This document shows, piece after piece, positions 11,657-22,264 of a stretch of DNA of 64,000 bases (position 1 is the stretch's first letter; the number at the start of each line of letters is the position of its first letter). Position numbers and translations under genes: made by a program. The notes below the pieces were generated by a model. The model worked only from the letters and a program-made list of their open reading frames with translations. It did no database searches and was not told where the DNA came from. Source of the DNA: an uncultured Nitrososphaerales archaeon (GTDB lineage Archaea > Thermoproteota > Nitrososphaeria > Nitrososphaerales > Nitrososphaeraceae); the NCBI GenBank assembly GCA_963713605.1, contig CAVQMO010000014.1, forward strand, positions 1 to 64,000, given 5' to 3'.

Positions 11657-11821
11657 ATACAATGATATTTCTAATCAATCTATGATACAAGAAAACTTAA
11701 GCAAGTTCTCTTCATAACAACCGTGATAATCGAATCACCGTCTCTAACAAACAGATGTGCTGTCATAGATGCGACAAGACTTGCCGTGTTTGAAGTGCAG
11801 GTGGTGATTCGAATTAGATGA
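11657..11821 (+). repeat. Duplicated promoter/leader module, copy 2
   Basis: Matches 7333-7494. Confidence 0.92.
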
Positions 11822-12369
11822 CATTATCCATAAAATCACGATGCGATGAAAAGAAATTAGTGATGAAAGGATTCATTATATTATCAATAACTCTAATTAT
11901 AAGTGGGCTTTCTATCTGGGGAAATTTGGCACATACGATCCAAGAGTTTATGGTAGGTTCTCAATTAACACGCGATCACCACGACTCGGAGGTTGCTAAA
12001 GAACTATTTCATTACTTGTACAATGTGATGATTCTAGGTTTGCTAATTACTTTGACATGGTTTCTGTTTAGAAATTCATTTTTTAAGGATATGCGATTGG
12101 TTAAGTCATTTATTGTTGTTGCGCTAATTAGTCAATCTTGGAATTTCATAGTTGCTGATTCTGCAGGAATGGAACAATATCTCTATGTAGTGACTGGCTG
12201 TATTTCATGTCTCGATAAGCTCGACAGTGATATATATTTGAGCCCGTCATATTTCATCTACGACCTTATCGTATTTCTATCATTGATAGTTGGATACATA
12301 GCTTATTTTCATCAATCATGTCCTTATGTAAGATATAAAGAGACTTCTATACCCACATCTCTAAAATAG
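11818..12369 (+). CDS. Hypothetical 4-TM membrane protein with His/Cys-rich loops
   Basis: Four hydrophobic segments; AHTIQE, DHHDSE, GCISC. Confidence 0.7.
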   Translation: MTLSIKSRCDEKKLVMKGFIILSITLIISGLSIWGNLAHTIQEFMVGSQLTRDHHDSEVAKELFHYLYNVMILGLLITLTWFLFRNSFFKDMRLVKSFIVVALISQSWNFIVADSAGMEQYLYVVTGCISCLDKLDSDIYLSPSYFIYDLIVFLSLIVGYIAYFHQSCPYVRYKETSIPTSLK

Positions 12370-12496
12370 AGAAAAGTTCTTAAATCTCATTTTTATGCCT
12401 TAATCAACTCTGATCGTAGTATTTTATTTCAGATGGAGTTAACTTTCTCAAAGATATTATATGAGCTATACAAAATGCAGACTAACTTATTCCTGC

Positions 12497-12572
12497 CATT
12501 CATTTGGGATAACCGAAACTGATTCATTCATGTGGGCACTACTGAATGTTCATGTGTATGCATTCATGTGGG
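12497..12572 (+). repeat. Four direct repeats of CATTCATGTGGG upstream of the sensor kinase
   Basis: 12497-12508 (1 mismatch), 12525-12536, 12548-12557 (partial), 12561-12572. Confidence 0.7.
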
Positions 12573-12627
12573 AATTAAAGGATAAATAGTTCAAAGTTGG
12601 ATAATTGACTAGCAATGACGACCTATA

Positions 12628-14224
12628 TTGAGAGACGAGCCTAATATACTGAAGGCAATACGTTCCAAAATAGGCTTAAAAATAGGACTTCTAGTAGTAA
12701 TTCAAATTACCTTTGTAATTTGTAGTCTTTAGTGTGCTTTCTTATTATGAATCACAAGGCACGCATTTAGGAAACTCAATAAATATTGCGGGGAAGAATC
12801 GATTCCTCACTTCTAATCTTCTGTTACAGATATCAGAATATTTTTCTGAAGGAGGTAATAGCAGTGACCCGTCTAAAATCAATTCTGCAATGGACCAACT
12901 TGAATCCAACATGTTAGCATTAAAACAAGGTGGAATGATTTCAGATATTGATTTAAGGCCATTACCATCAATGTTTTTGGAAGATTGGGATAAAATTTAT
13001 CAGGAATGGGTTTCCCTAAAAGGGATTTTGACAAATAGCGTAATACAACCTAATGAAAATATCAATTTAGCAGCTGTAACAACATTGGCATCTGTTCCAG
13101 TTCTAAAAATAACAATTGAAACTAGTGGATCATCATTACTGAATTCGTCTAATGCATTAGTTACAGAACTAGGAGAATATGCAAGGGTCAGCTCACAGAA
13201 TTTAATGATTCTGCAGGGGATATTTGCGATTTTAAACATTGCGGTTGCAGCTATAGTACTATATCTTGTTTTAAGAATCTTGAGACCAATATTTGATTTA
13301 ACCTCTGCTACATCCGAGATAGGTAGAGGAAATCTAGAAGTATCACTTAAAAGCAGAGGAAATGATGAGCTTTCGGTTCTAAGTAACTCATTTAATTCAA
13401 TGGTAAAATCTCTAAAGAGTTATGTGAAGAAACAGAGTGAATTAACAAAGCAATTAGAAGATGCAAATGAGCAATTAAAATATAGAGACAAGCTAAAAGA
13501 TGAATTCATAAACGTAGCAGCACACGAGCTTCGAACACCAATACAGCCAATTCTTGGGCTTACTGAATATCTACACTTCTCAAAAGTGGGACCTAATGAG
13601 GGCAGTGGGAGCAAGCTCTCCAATGACCGTTACGGCAGGAAGAAATTAGTACTGGATATTATTCTTAGAAATTCTAAAAGATTAATGCAACTTACTGAAG
13701 ATATATTAGATGTTACGAAAATTGAGAGCGGATCTTTTCATTTAAAGAAAGAAAAATTTGACTTCAACAAGATGATCATGGAAATCTTGGATGAGTACCG
13801 TCAAAGAATTGACAGCAACGGAGACAACGTATCCCTGTATTATGAAGGTATCGAAGGTGTTCCAATAATTATCGAAGGCGACAGAAGCAGGCTCTACCAA
13901 GTTGTTATTAACTTGCTAAGTAATGCCTTCAAATTCACAACTAAGGGAAGCATAAGAGTTTTTATTGATAGATATGTTAACAGCAACACGATTATTGTTA
14001 AAATAAAGGATACAGGAATTGGAATACATCCAGATATATTGCCAAAGCTTTTTACAAAATTCGCAACAAAATCTGATACAGGAGGGACTGGGTTAGGTCT
14101 ATTTATCTCTAAAAGCATAATTGAAAAACATGGTGGCAGGATATGGGCTGAAAACAATAATTTCAACGGAGAAACGGGAGCAACTTTCGCATTTAGTTTG
14201 TCAATTGACATTAATCTGAAATAA
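12628..14224 (+). CDS. Membrane sensor histidine kinase (NarX/PilJ-like sensor + HAMP + HisKA + HATPase); first TM offset by a frameshift near 12730
   Basis: INIAGKNRFLT P-box-like motif, HAMP ND.ELSVL..SFNSM, FINVAAHELRTP, GGTGLGL; upstream frame TTG 12628 encodes TM1 KIGLLVVIQITFVIC. Confidence 0.88.
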
Positions 14225-14277
14225 GAATAATTTGAATCGACTAAAAAATTCATGCCGGGACGTAGACCTAATTATAT

Positions 14278-14758
14278 CTACTCTAATTCTGCTCTAATGC
14301 GTTTTATCAGTTGTTCTGCAGAAATTGGCTTCTTAATGAAACAGCCTATACTCTTGAGGATGCACTTCTCTTGCTGCCTCCATATTAATTTCGCCAGATG
14401 TCATAAAACAAACCCTGACATTGAGGTCCCTCCGTAACAAATTATGGGCTAATTGAAACCCGTCCAATAAAGGCATGTTAACGTCAATTAGTAATAGATC
14501 GTAAAAATTAGGTCTAAATTCTACTAATGCAGTTACCGGACTATCGTAACCATCGACCTGTATAGTCGGATCACTTTCTAGTCCGACTTGTAAGGTAAAT
14601 ACAATATCAGGGTTATCGTCAACCACCAAAATCCTCTTATGCTGTTGGCGTTCAGAAGATAATAGTGATGAGGTCGATTTTATGGAGTCTGGTTTTAACT
14701 TCCCAGTATGGACAGTTCCATTCTTCGACGCTGGATTATCGGTAGAAACGTTGTTCAC
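14278..14758 (-). CDS. Response regulator receiver protein; frameshift near C-terminus
   Basis: ILVVDDNPD, LLLIDVNMPLLDG, FMTS; the KKPISAEQLIKRIRAELE* tail is in another frame ending at 14278. Confidence 0.85.
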
Positions 14759-15692
14759 GTTTTCGTGACGTCCATTGTTTATATTCCATTATAACCATCC
14801 TACGATAAAAATTTTATGATTTTTTAATAAATAATATTGTTTTTACAACTAGTAAAAGTTCATATAAGATTCTTTAATCATTTTAAGACATTTTTACAAA
14901 TCCCTGCTCCAATGTTACTGCTTGGCAAGCCAGAGTACTCATCTAATACCGGGAATTTCCATAACCATAGGATATAATCCTCCTTCCAAGCAGTAGCAGA
15001 TCTCGACAAAATGTACAATACCATTTTCATATATTGTTCCCTCTCTCAGCGCAGTTTGCATTCCTTCATAAAATATTTGATTTCTTGCCAACGATCCAGA
15101 GTTTAAAGAATTGGCTAGCCTTCGTTTGTTATCAGATTTCAACTTATATTTGATATAATACCGCATACTACTTATCCGACTATAATACAATAGTCGTGAA
15201 AAGTCAATTTAAGCATTGCAGCAACTGCCAATCATATTAAACAAGTTCTCGATTCGATGATCTATAAAAGTACATAATGGCCCTTGTTGTAAGTAGATAG
15301 GAAGGCGGCTAGAAATGAAGATCTAGGCAAACTAACGACTAGCCGGAATTGGCCGCCATCCCTATCTGATATGAAGCACTTCTATCATAAAATGCACAAT
15401 ATTGTATAAGAAAGTTCAAATCTATGGAGTAGTAGATCAAGTGAGTTAGACGTGGCAGAAGGGTTAAAACAATTGTTAGTAGATGCCGGTGAATCAACAA
15501 TAAGACTTGGCAGTATCAGAAATATTGCATATAGAAAACTCGCCACTCCAAATTATCCAATGTATACATCACTATTATCTATTACAGAACCCCATCACCA
15601 TTATCTCAGTATAAGTAGCGTGTTACGCCGCACATCTACTATCATTAATAATGCATGAAGAGTTCAATCTGAACCGTATTGTATACTATACT

Positions 15693-15785
15693 ATGTACGT
15701 AGACAACTCAGGCGGTCCACTCTTCAAAGACAATAGCGCTTATTATGTGATATCGGGTCATGAAACTATCTCAAAATACTTCTAA
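15693..15785 (+). pseudogene. Possible N-terminal relic of a DUF3800-type protein
   Basis: MYVDNSGGPLFKDNSAYYVISG resembles the Y-x-D-E-S-G start of this family. Confidence 0.35.
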
Positions 15786-15859
15786 ATACTAAACCGCACT
15801 ACTGGTCAGATTCCAATCGATTATTATAACAGAACGTAGATAAGTATTTAGAAAAAATA

Positions 15860-16622
15860 ATGCCTGACCTTCTAAAGGATCACAAGGTTATTTCTGAAGA
15901 AGAGTGGGTCGAGGCTCGCAAGGAGTCGCTCAAGAAGGAAAAAGAGTTCACGGTCTTGCGCGATCAACTTAGCCAGCGAGCAACGCGAACTACCATGGGT
16001 AGCCGTCAATAAGGAATATGTCTTTGAAGGACAGAATGGGAAACAGACTCTTTCAGAACTTTTTGATCGTAGAAGCCAACTAATAGTCTATCACTTTATG
16101 TTTGATCCAAGTTGGAACGCAGGATGTCCAAGTTGTTCCTTTTGGGCGGACAATTTCAATGGAATAATTGTGCATTTGAACCGGAGAGATGTGACCATGA
16201 TTGCTGTTTCTCATGCGCCATACAGCAAGTTGGCGGCATACCAAAAGCGGATGGGCTGGGATTTCAAGTGGGTTTCTTCTTACAATACAGGTTTCAATTT
16301 CGACTATCGTGTGTCTTTCACACAGGAAGAGTTAGCCAAGAAGGAAGATTCATACAACTATACTGACCAGGCCTGGATGTCAGAGAGGGAAGGAATCAGC
16401 ATATTTTACAAAGACCCTGCAGGTCGCGTGTTTCACACCTATTCAGCTTATGCACGTGGCATTGATATGTTAAATGCGGCATACAACTATTTTGACCTAG
16501 TTCCCAAGGGCAGAGATGAGGTTGGTCATGACTTTCCTCAATTCTGGGTGCGTCGCCATGATGAATACGGAGATCCCCGTCGCATTGACACTGAGTATTA
16601 TGATGTGACAAAAAACCTTTAA
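15860..16622 (+). pseudogene. DUF899 thioredoxin-like family protein, frameshift near 15978
   Basis: EEWVEARK..LKKEKEFTVLRDQL (frame 1), then RELPWVAV...SQLIVYHFMF..GCPSCSFWAD...HTYSAYARG...PKGRDE. Confidence 0.88.
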
Positions 16623-16724
16623 CGATTTGGGACTTATACTATGTGGCGACTTAACTTTTTTTCTAACATAGAATGAAAAATAGAATGATAGGATAGCCTA
16701 CGTGAGCAGCTATTTCTCCTAACT

Positions 16725-16870
16725 ATGTTGACGGTACTTTTACGGCAAAACTTACTACCATCAAAAAAGATGGAAGTCCTCATATTGTTCCAATTTGGTT
16801 TGTATTAGACGAACAAAAGGATAGAACAACTAATAAAATAGGAAATATTATTTACTACAAAAATGCATGA
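16725..16870 (+). pseudogene. Fragment of PPOX-class (pyridoxamine 5'-phosphate oxidase-like) oxidoreductase
   Basis: TAKLTTIKKDGSPHIVPIWFVLDE. Confidence 0.6.
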
Positions 16871-17073
16871 CGTAGATTTTTCACAGTATCTATAAACTCA
16901 TCAGTGCCTCTAAGCTTTCCACGGATGGGATCTACTTGCGACTCATGATTAAAATACTGAGGGCTTATGAATTCATGGACTCTACTTACGTCGCCAGTAT
17001 TTAGAGCCTCAGTTACTTGCCGAACCGTTTCGATATTCTTTTTCTCATTGACTAGATCGAGCGATCTTTCATT

Positions 17074-17454
17074 TTGTATTCTGTCATAATCACTAGTAAA
17101 TGCAATTGTCAGGCCGATAAGTCAATCGAGAAGGCAATAGATGAAGTACTGAAAAAATCAGGCGTCAAGACTAAGGAGGCCATGCGTTCACATGCCTTTA
17201 GGAAGGGATTCAAATCAATCTGTGAACAGTCTGGAATGAAGTCGATAAATGTTGAAATGTTGTTAGGTCATGATATCGGTGTATCAGGATACTACTACCG
17301 ACCCGCTGAATCTGACATCTTGGAAGATTACATGATTCATGCCGCCGATGCTTTGACGATTGACCCAACTCAGAGACTGAAGCAGGAGAATGCCGATTTA
17401 AGAATGCGACAGAATGCAGAGTCAGATACCCTTTGGTCACCATGGAAATGCTAA
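17074..17454 (+). pseudogene. Tyrosine recombinase/integrase, C-terminal catalytic relic
   Basis: HAFRKGF (HxxR), EMLLGH, GYYYRP catalytic Tyr region; N-terminal part absent. Confidence 0.8.
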
Positions 17455-17515
17455 CTCGCTTATTTTCAATAAAGAGATACTGGAAAAGCTCAAGATGACA
17501 TATGAAGTTTCTATT

Positions 17516-17840
17516 GATGGGATAGATGGGGACGATGGGGATGATTTTAGATATGGAATGGATGGATATGTCAATAATGTCAATGAGAATACATCAACTG
17601 AAAACACAGACGATAATGATAATGTATCAAATCAAAGTTCAAACGCAAACACAAACGAAATAGTCAAAATCTGAAGACAATAGTGCAAATGGGATAGATG
17701 GGACGTTGGGATAGATAATGCTAAAGATGTAGATAATGGAGATTTAAACAGCCAGCCAGATAGCTATACTAATCATCTATCATCAGAAGATAACATTCAA
17801 TTAAAATTTGAAGATCTATCCCATCTATCCCAAGTATCCC
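17516..17840. repeat. GGGATAGAT repeat cluster, direct and inverted
   Basis: GGGATAGAT at 17519, 17691, 17708; reverse complement ATCTATCCC at 17814, 17823. Confidence 0.7.
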
Positions 17841-17988
17841 AACAAGTTCGAAGCGTACATTTAGAATCTATCGAACATCATATGAAGTACAAGCACCCAT
17901 GCATAAGTTAGAAATCTTAAAGTTGCTAGACATTCAGAATTCTGTTCGTCAGTAATTTAATAAAAAATATGGAAGCCAATCAAACTTT

Positions 17989-18183
17989 TTATGATTGCTT
18001 GATTAGCTTCCGGAAGTTTTCCGAATTCTTTGCGATTTCTTCATTCCATGTTTCTTCTGTGTATCCGTGTACTTCTATTCCATGCTTCTTTGCATTGGCA
18101 AGAAGTTCTTCTTCTGTTTCGCCATACATAGTATGAGTACATACTGGGTCGCCGACTTCTTTACAATTCAGACTCAATGTCAT
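17989..18183 (-). CDS. DUF1059 small metal-binding protein
   Basis: LNCKEVG..CTHTMYGETEEELL..AKKHGIEVHG. Confidence 0.85.
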   Translation of the reverse strand: MTLSLNCKEVGDPVCTHTMYGETEEELLANAKKHGIEVHGYTEETWNEEIAKNSENFRKLIKQS

Positions 18184-18403
18184 GATTATTACCGGTTTAA
18201 GTCTCGGTCGCTTTTATCTTTTTAAGAAAGCTGGATTATATGCTGCAAATAGGTAATCGGGTTAGCATATTTGGCTAAATTACGACTCTTCAATGTATGA
18301 AATCCAATAGAATAGTTATCTGATTTTTTTCATTAAATCGTAAAATATTTTGTTAATAGAAGTACAAACATGATCCAAACTCGCTACATCAAGTACGGTA
18401 CAA

Positions 18404-18748
18404 ATGACGGGACTTTTGTTACTGTGTGCTATCATGATAAGCACCAGCGCCATTGAAGATAGTCTCTATGCACAGATAACTCCGATACCAGAAAAATCGG
18501 GGGAAAGCTCTTCAGATACAGATGGCAGTAGCAACAACGATGATTCTTCTGACTCATCATCATCTGGATCTGACGATGATGATAATGACAATGGATCTTC
18601 TGGTTCCAGTGACTCATCAGACACAACCGGAGAGCAAACTAATGATATGACGACGTCAGAAGTAGAGACCAATCCATTATCAGATGCTATTGTAAAGAAT
18701 GTCACTGATGAATTAACCGCAACTGGAATGACCGATTTAGGATTCTAA
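18404..18748 (+). CDS. Secreted Ser/Asp-rich hypothetical protein
   Basis: Signal-like N-terminus and low-complexity S/D core. Confidence 0.6.
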   Translation: MTGLLLLCAIMISTSAIEDSLYAQITPIPEKSGESSSDTDGSSNNDDSSDSSSSGSDDDDNDNGSSGSSDSSDTTGEQTNDMTTSEVETNPLSDAIVKNVTDELTATGMTDLGF

Positions 18749-18802
18749 AAAGTAAACCCAATATTTTTTTGATATTTAACTACTATTGCGCTTAGCGTAA
18801 AG

Positions 18803-19057
18803 TTACACAGCTGAAAAACATTTCAACAAGAATTTGCAGTGTTCGCATGTGTACGCCAACTTATCGAAACTGGAGCACAATTCCATAATGTCATTACATC
18901 TGGGACATTCCATTTCCATGTCTAGCTCAGACAACACCGGCTCTCCTTTCTGCTTCGGTACACTAGATTCTTCTAATGTTTCAAGGGCTTGACTTTTTTC
19001 CGGCTCCGTTTTTGGGGGAACGAGTTTAGTACGGCTTTGTCTTAGCATATCTAACAC
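18803..19057 (-). CDS. Small Zn-ribbon protein
   Basis: CPRC...CEHC. Confidence 0.7.
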   Translation of the reverse strand: MLDMLRQSRTKLVPPKTEPEKSQALETLEESSVPKQKGEPVLSELDMEMECPRCNDIMELCSSFDKLAYTCEHCKFLLKCFSAV

Positions 19058-19205
19058 TTATCAAAAATGACTATTATATGCCCAGCTGACTTTCGGGCGG
19101 GGGAGAGTGGTGTACATGTATATTTTCAATTATTTTAAGTCCCATACCAGTAGTCATTTCATTTGGCTCAATTGCATGATATTCAAACATGTGTAGAATT
19201 GTGTT

Positions 19206-19763
19206 ATGAATGACTCTTTCTTCGCTGATTCCATAAATAGTGCAATTACAGTAGAGTCCAACATCTTCGCAGCGTTGGGTTTGTCTACATATACAGAAAA
19301 CTTAGGTGGGTTGTACTGTGGCGATTTACAAAGAGAGTCAGGTAAACATTACATTTCTTTCATTATTAATTACTTTCCTCCACGTTATACGCAAGTTGAT
19401 AACCAGTTACAGACTTCAAATAAAGGTACCTTGTATGAGATAGTTAGATGCGGGCTAGTGCATGAATATTTTATGAAGGTTGAATCCACCATCACTATTG
19501 GAACTACTAATAAGGTAAGTTGTGGAATAATCTATGATCCTTCAAAGCGTCCAGCATTAATATTTGTAGTCGATGAATATTTTGAAGACTTCAATAAAGC
19601 ATTCAATAACTATTATAATGATTTGCTTGGTACTACTAACAAAACACCGAATGTTGGATTGCAAAGCAAATTTGACGCAGCAATTAATGGAATGAAAGTA
19701 GGTCCTTTTAGTTCATCTGCAGGTTTAAAGGGTGAAAGCGGATCCGGTATCAGTCTTACTTAA
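19206..19763 (+). CDS. Hypothetical protein with HEPN-like Rx4H motif
   Basis: LYEIVRCGLVHEY in a helical context. Confidence 0.55.
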   Translation: MNDSFFADSINSAITVESNIFAALGLSTYTENLGGLYCGDLQRESGKHYISFIINYFPPRYTQVDNQLQTSNKGTLYEIVRCGLVHEYFMKVESTITIGTTNKVSCGIIYDPSKRPALIFVVDEYFEDFNKAFNNYYNDLLGTTNKTPNVGLQSKFDAAINGMKVGPFSSSAGLKGESGSGISLT

Positions 19764-19869
19764 ATAGTAGGACTATTTGTTATCGATGTAAGAGTAACAA
19801 AGTCTTGTGCTTGTGTCGCTAGCGATACTATAACTCAAGTATTACGCTCATAACACGACACGGTTTCCT

Positions 19870-20133
19870 TTACTTTAATGCTAAAGAAACCATTTCTATA
19901 AAAGAATCACTCAACTGTTGATCATGAAAGAGGATCTGAGATAACAGGTCAGTAGCGTTTGATTCACTTATTTGCATCTTATCAATTAACGTGAATAACA
20001 CATGACATGCGGCACAACCATCTTGTCTAACTTCTGAAGGGCTATCATGTACATTTTGTACTTCTCTCAGAATTATTTCTTTAGCCTCTATCTCATTCCC
20101 ATTTTCGGATCCATTATTATTCGATCCTCTCAT
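19870..20133 (-). CDS. Hypothetical protein with CxxCH motif, possibly C-terminally truncated
   Basis: DGCAACHVLFTLIDKMQISE. Confidence 0.55.
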   Translation of the reverse strand: MRGSNNNGSENGNEIEAKEIILREVQNVHDSPSEVRQDGCAACHVLFTLIDKMQISESNATDLLSQILFHDQQLSDSFIEMVSLALK

Positions 20134-20408
20134 ATCAACTAATTAATAGATGGTACAGAAATATATTGTTAAGATATATTGAGAAATATATTGTTAAGAT
20201 AGTCATCTTTCCGTGTTATACTGAACCAAAGGCTTTCCGTGTTATAGTCGATGCACGTGAATGCTTTTGATCAGAAGGTATTTTGAAGGTTTAAACTAGG
20301 GACTTGTATTAGCCAAGTGCTATTGGCGTAATGGATTCCATGCTTTTTCACAGCAATACCGCTCCAGCAATATGGTAGGAATAATTCAAATTATATAAAT
20401 ATAACTGA

Positions 20409-21422
20409 TTGTCACATCATTTAGACATGTCAAACTTTTCCAGAATTCGTGTTGAATCAAGTGCTCAATTTTCTAAACCACATGGCACAGCGCTGATATT
20501 GATGTTCCTTCCTCTAATATTCCTTATTGCCCTGTCTTCTTCCTCATCCACCGCTATGGGTCAAGATAATAGCACCGGAAATATCCAGGTGTGGGGATCA
20601 AAGGGTTCCAACCCGGGTCAATTTAATGATCCGGCCGGAATAGTGTTGGACCCTAAAGGCTTCGTCTTTGTGGTAGATTCTAATAATAACCGAATACAAA
20701 AATTTGCCAGTAATGGAACCTTCCTGGACGAATGGGGAACTGCAGGAACAGGCCCCGGTCAGTTTAACCAACCAATTGGAATTACAATGGACTATACTAA
20801 AGGACATATTTATGTTACAGATACCGGTAATGATAGAATACAAAAATTTGCCAGTAATGGAACCTTCCTGGACGAATGGGGAACTGCAGGAACAGGCCCC
20901 GGTCAGTTTAACACAGTAATTGGAATAGATGAAGACGATGATAAACAAAATGTCTATGTTACAGATATAGGTAATAACAGGGTCCAAAGATTTACTAATG
21001 ATGGTTTGTTCGTTTCAGAATGGGGAACTGCAGGAGCAGGCCCCGGTCAGTTTAATAATCCTGGAAGAATCGCACTGGATCCCTCAGGTGACCTGTTTGT
21101 TGCAGACTTTGGTAATAATCGCATTCAAAAATTTGACGAAAATGGTGATCTAATTACTACATGGGGAACTGCAGGAGCGGGCCCCGGTCAGTTTAATAAT
21201 CCGACAGGTATGACAGTCCAGTTTCCACAAGGGAACGTATTTGTAGCAGATAGTGGAAATAGTCGTATCCAACAGTTTGATGATGCTGGCAATTTCATTA
21301 ATGAATATAGCATTGGGGAGGGTATTGGAGATATTACAAATATAGATTTAGATGTAGATTCGGATGGCAAGATCTACCTTACAGATCGTGTCCTAGATGT
21401 TATCAAGGTGATCTCTCCTTGA
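20409..21422 (+). CDS. Secreted NHL-repeat six-bladed beta-propeller
   Basis: Signal peptide; repeated WGT.G.GPGQFN.P.GI...V.V.D.GN.RIQKF. Confidence 0.92.
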   Translation: MSHHLDMSNFSRIRVESSAQFSKPHGTALILMFLPLIFLIALSSSSSTAMGQDNSTGNIQVWGSKGSNPGQFNDPAGIVLDPKGFVFVVDSNNNRIQKFASNGTFLDEWGTAGTGPGQFNQPIGITMDYTKGHIYVTDTGNDRIQKFASNGTFLDEWGTAGTGPGQFNTVIGIDEDDDKQNVYVTDIGNNRVQRFTNDGLFVSEWGTAGAGPGQFNNPGRIALDPSGDLFVADFGNNRIQKFDENGDLITTWGTAGAGPGQFNNPTGMTVQFPQGNVFVADSGNSRIQQFDDAGNFINEYSIGEGIGDITNIDLDVDSDGKIYLTDRVLDVIKVISP

Positions 21423-21982
21423 GCCTATCTAGAGAAAGGCTACAAGAATTAGAACTTCCGAAAGCAAGACTCCAAATACTAGCAGTTAGACCCTCCTGAA
21501 TCACCCTACAATGTCAATAAGGAGTGTAGAATTGTTGCGACTCCTGGTATGATTACACCAATCTTTATAGTATGTTCTCAATACACTTGTTGCTGCGACA
21601 AGAATCCCGAGGCTGAAAGATTTTTTACAAAGTTGTGTCAGGATATCTCCGAAACTGGAAATAAGCCCTTTACATACAGGAATCAAACCCCTTTTGGATA
21701 CAGCTGTAATGAAATACCCCACAGCCATTTTGGCACTCTCATTCTAATGTAAGTAACAATAATGCTCTACGCTATAAGACACTGACTTCCCCATTTAGTG
21801 CTACATTGTCATCATGGAAATTACTTTGAGAAGCATTTCATTCTATTTCCACTCATATCCAGTTGCCTTGAATTTTTGGGACTCCTCGTAACGGCGAAAC
21901 ATTTCAGGACAGGCTACGGTGGGCAGTAACAATTCAGAACATCCAATCCGACCTAGGACTTCAAAGAACATCGTTTCCAACT

Positions 21983-22264
21983 TTGGGACTAAATGGCGAT
22001 TATATCTTTACATATAATGAATCCAAACAAATGGAGTTAGAAGATCTGGATAATGAATTATTTCTTAAAGAATGGAAGAAGAAAAGACGTGCGCCTATTC
22101 AGGAAATAGTAGATGCATCTAAGTTAACAGAACAAGAGAAAGAGTGGATGAAGGAATACGCGTCACATTCTCTTATGCATCAAACAGATGGCAACGCGAA
22201 TAGAAGTGTCGAAAGGGTGATTTTGCCAAATCACTTTGATGTGCGAAGGAGTTATCATGACTGA
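21983..22264 (+). CDS. Hypothetical protein or fragment
   Basis: Charged helical ORF, no recognised motif. Confidence 0.3.
   Translation: MGLNGDYIFTYNESKQMELEDLDNELFLKEWKKKRRAPIQEIVDASKLTEQEKEWMKEYASHSLMHQTDGNANRSVERVILPNHFDVRRSYHD

Noticed and set aside
19870..20133. c-type cytochrome (CAACH)
   Set aside because: No signal peptide and no maturation genes in the window; more likely a metal-binding motif
20692..21201. CRISPR-like regularly spaced repeats
   Set aside because: In-frame coding repeats of NHL blades; spacers are too long and no cas genes are present
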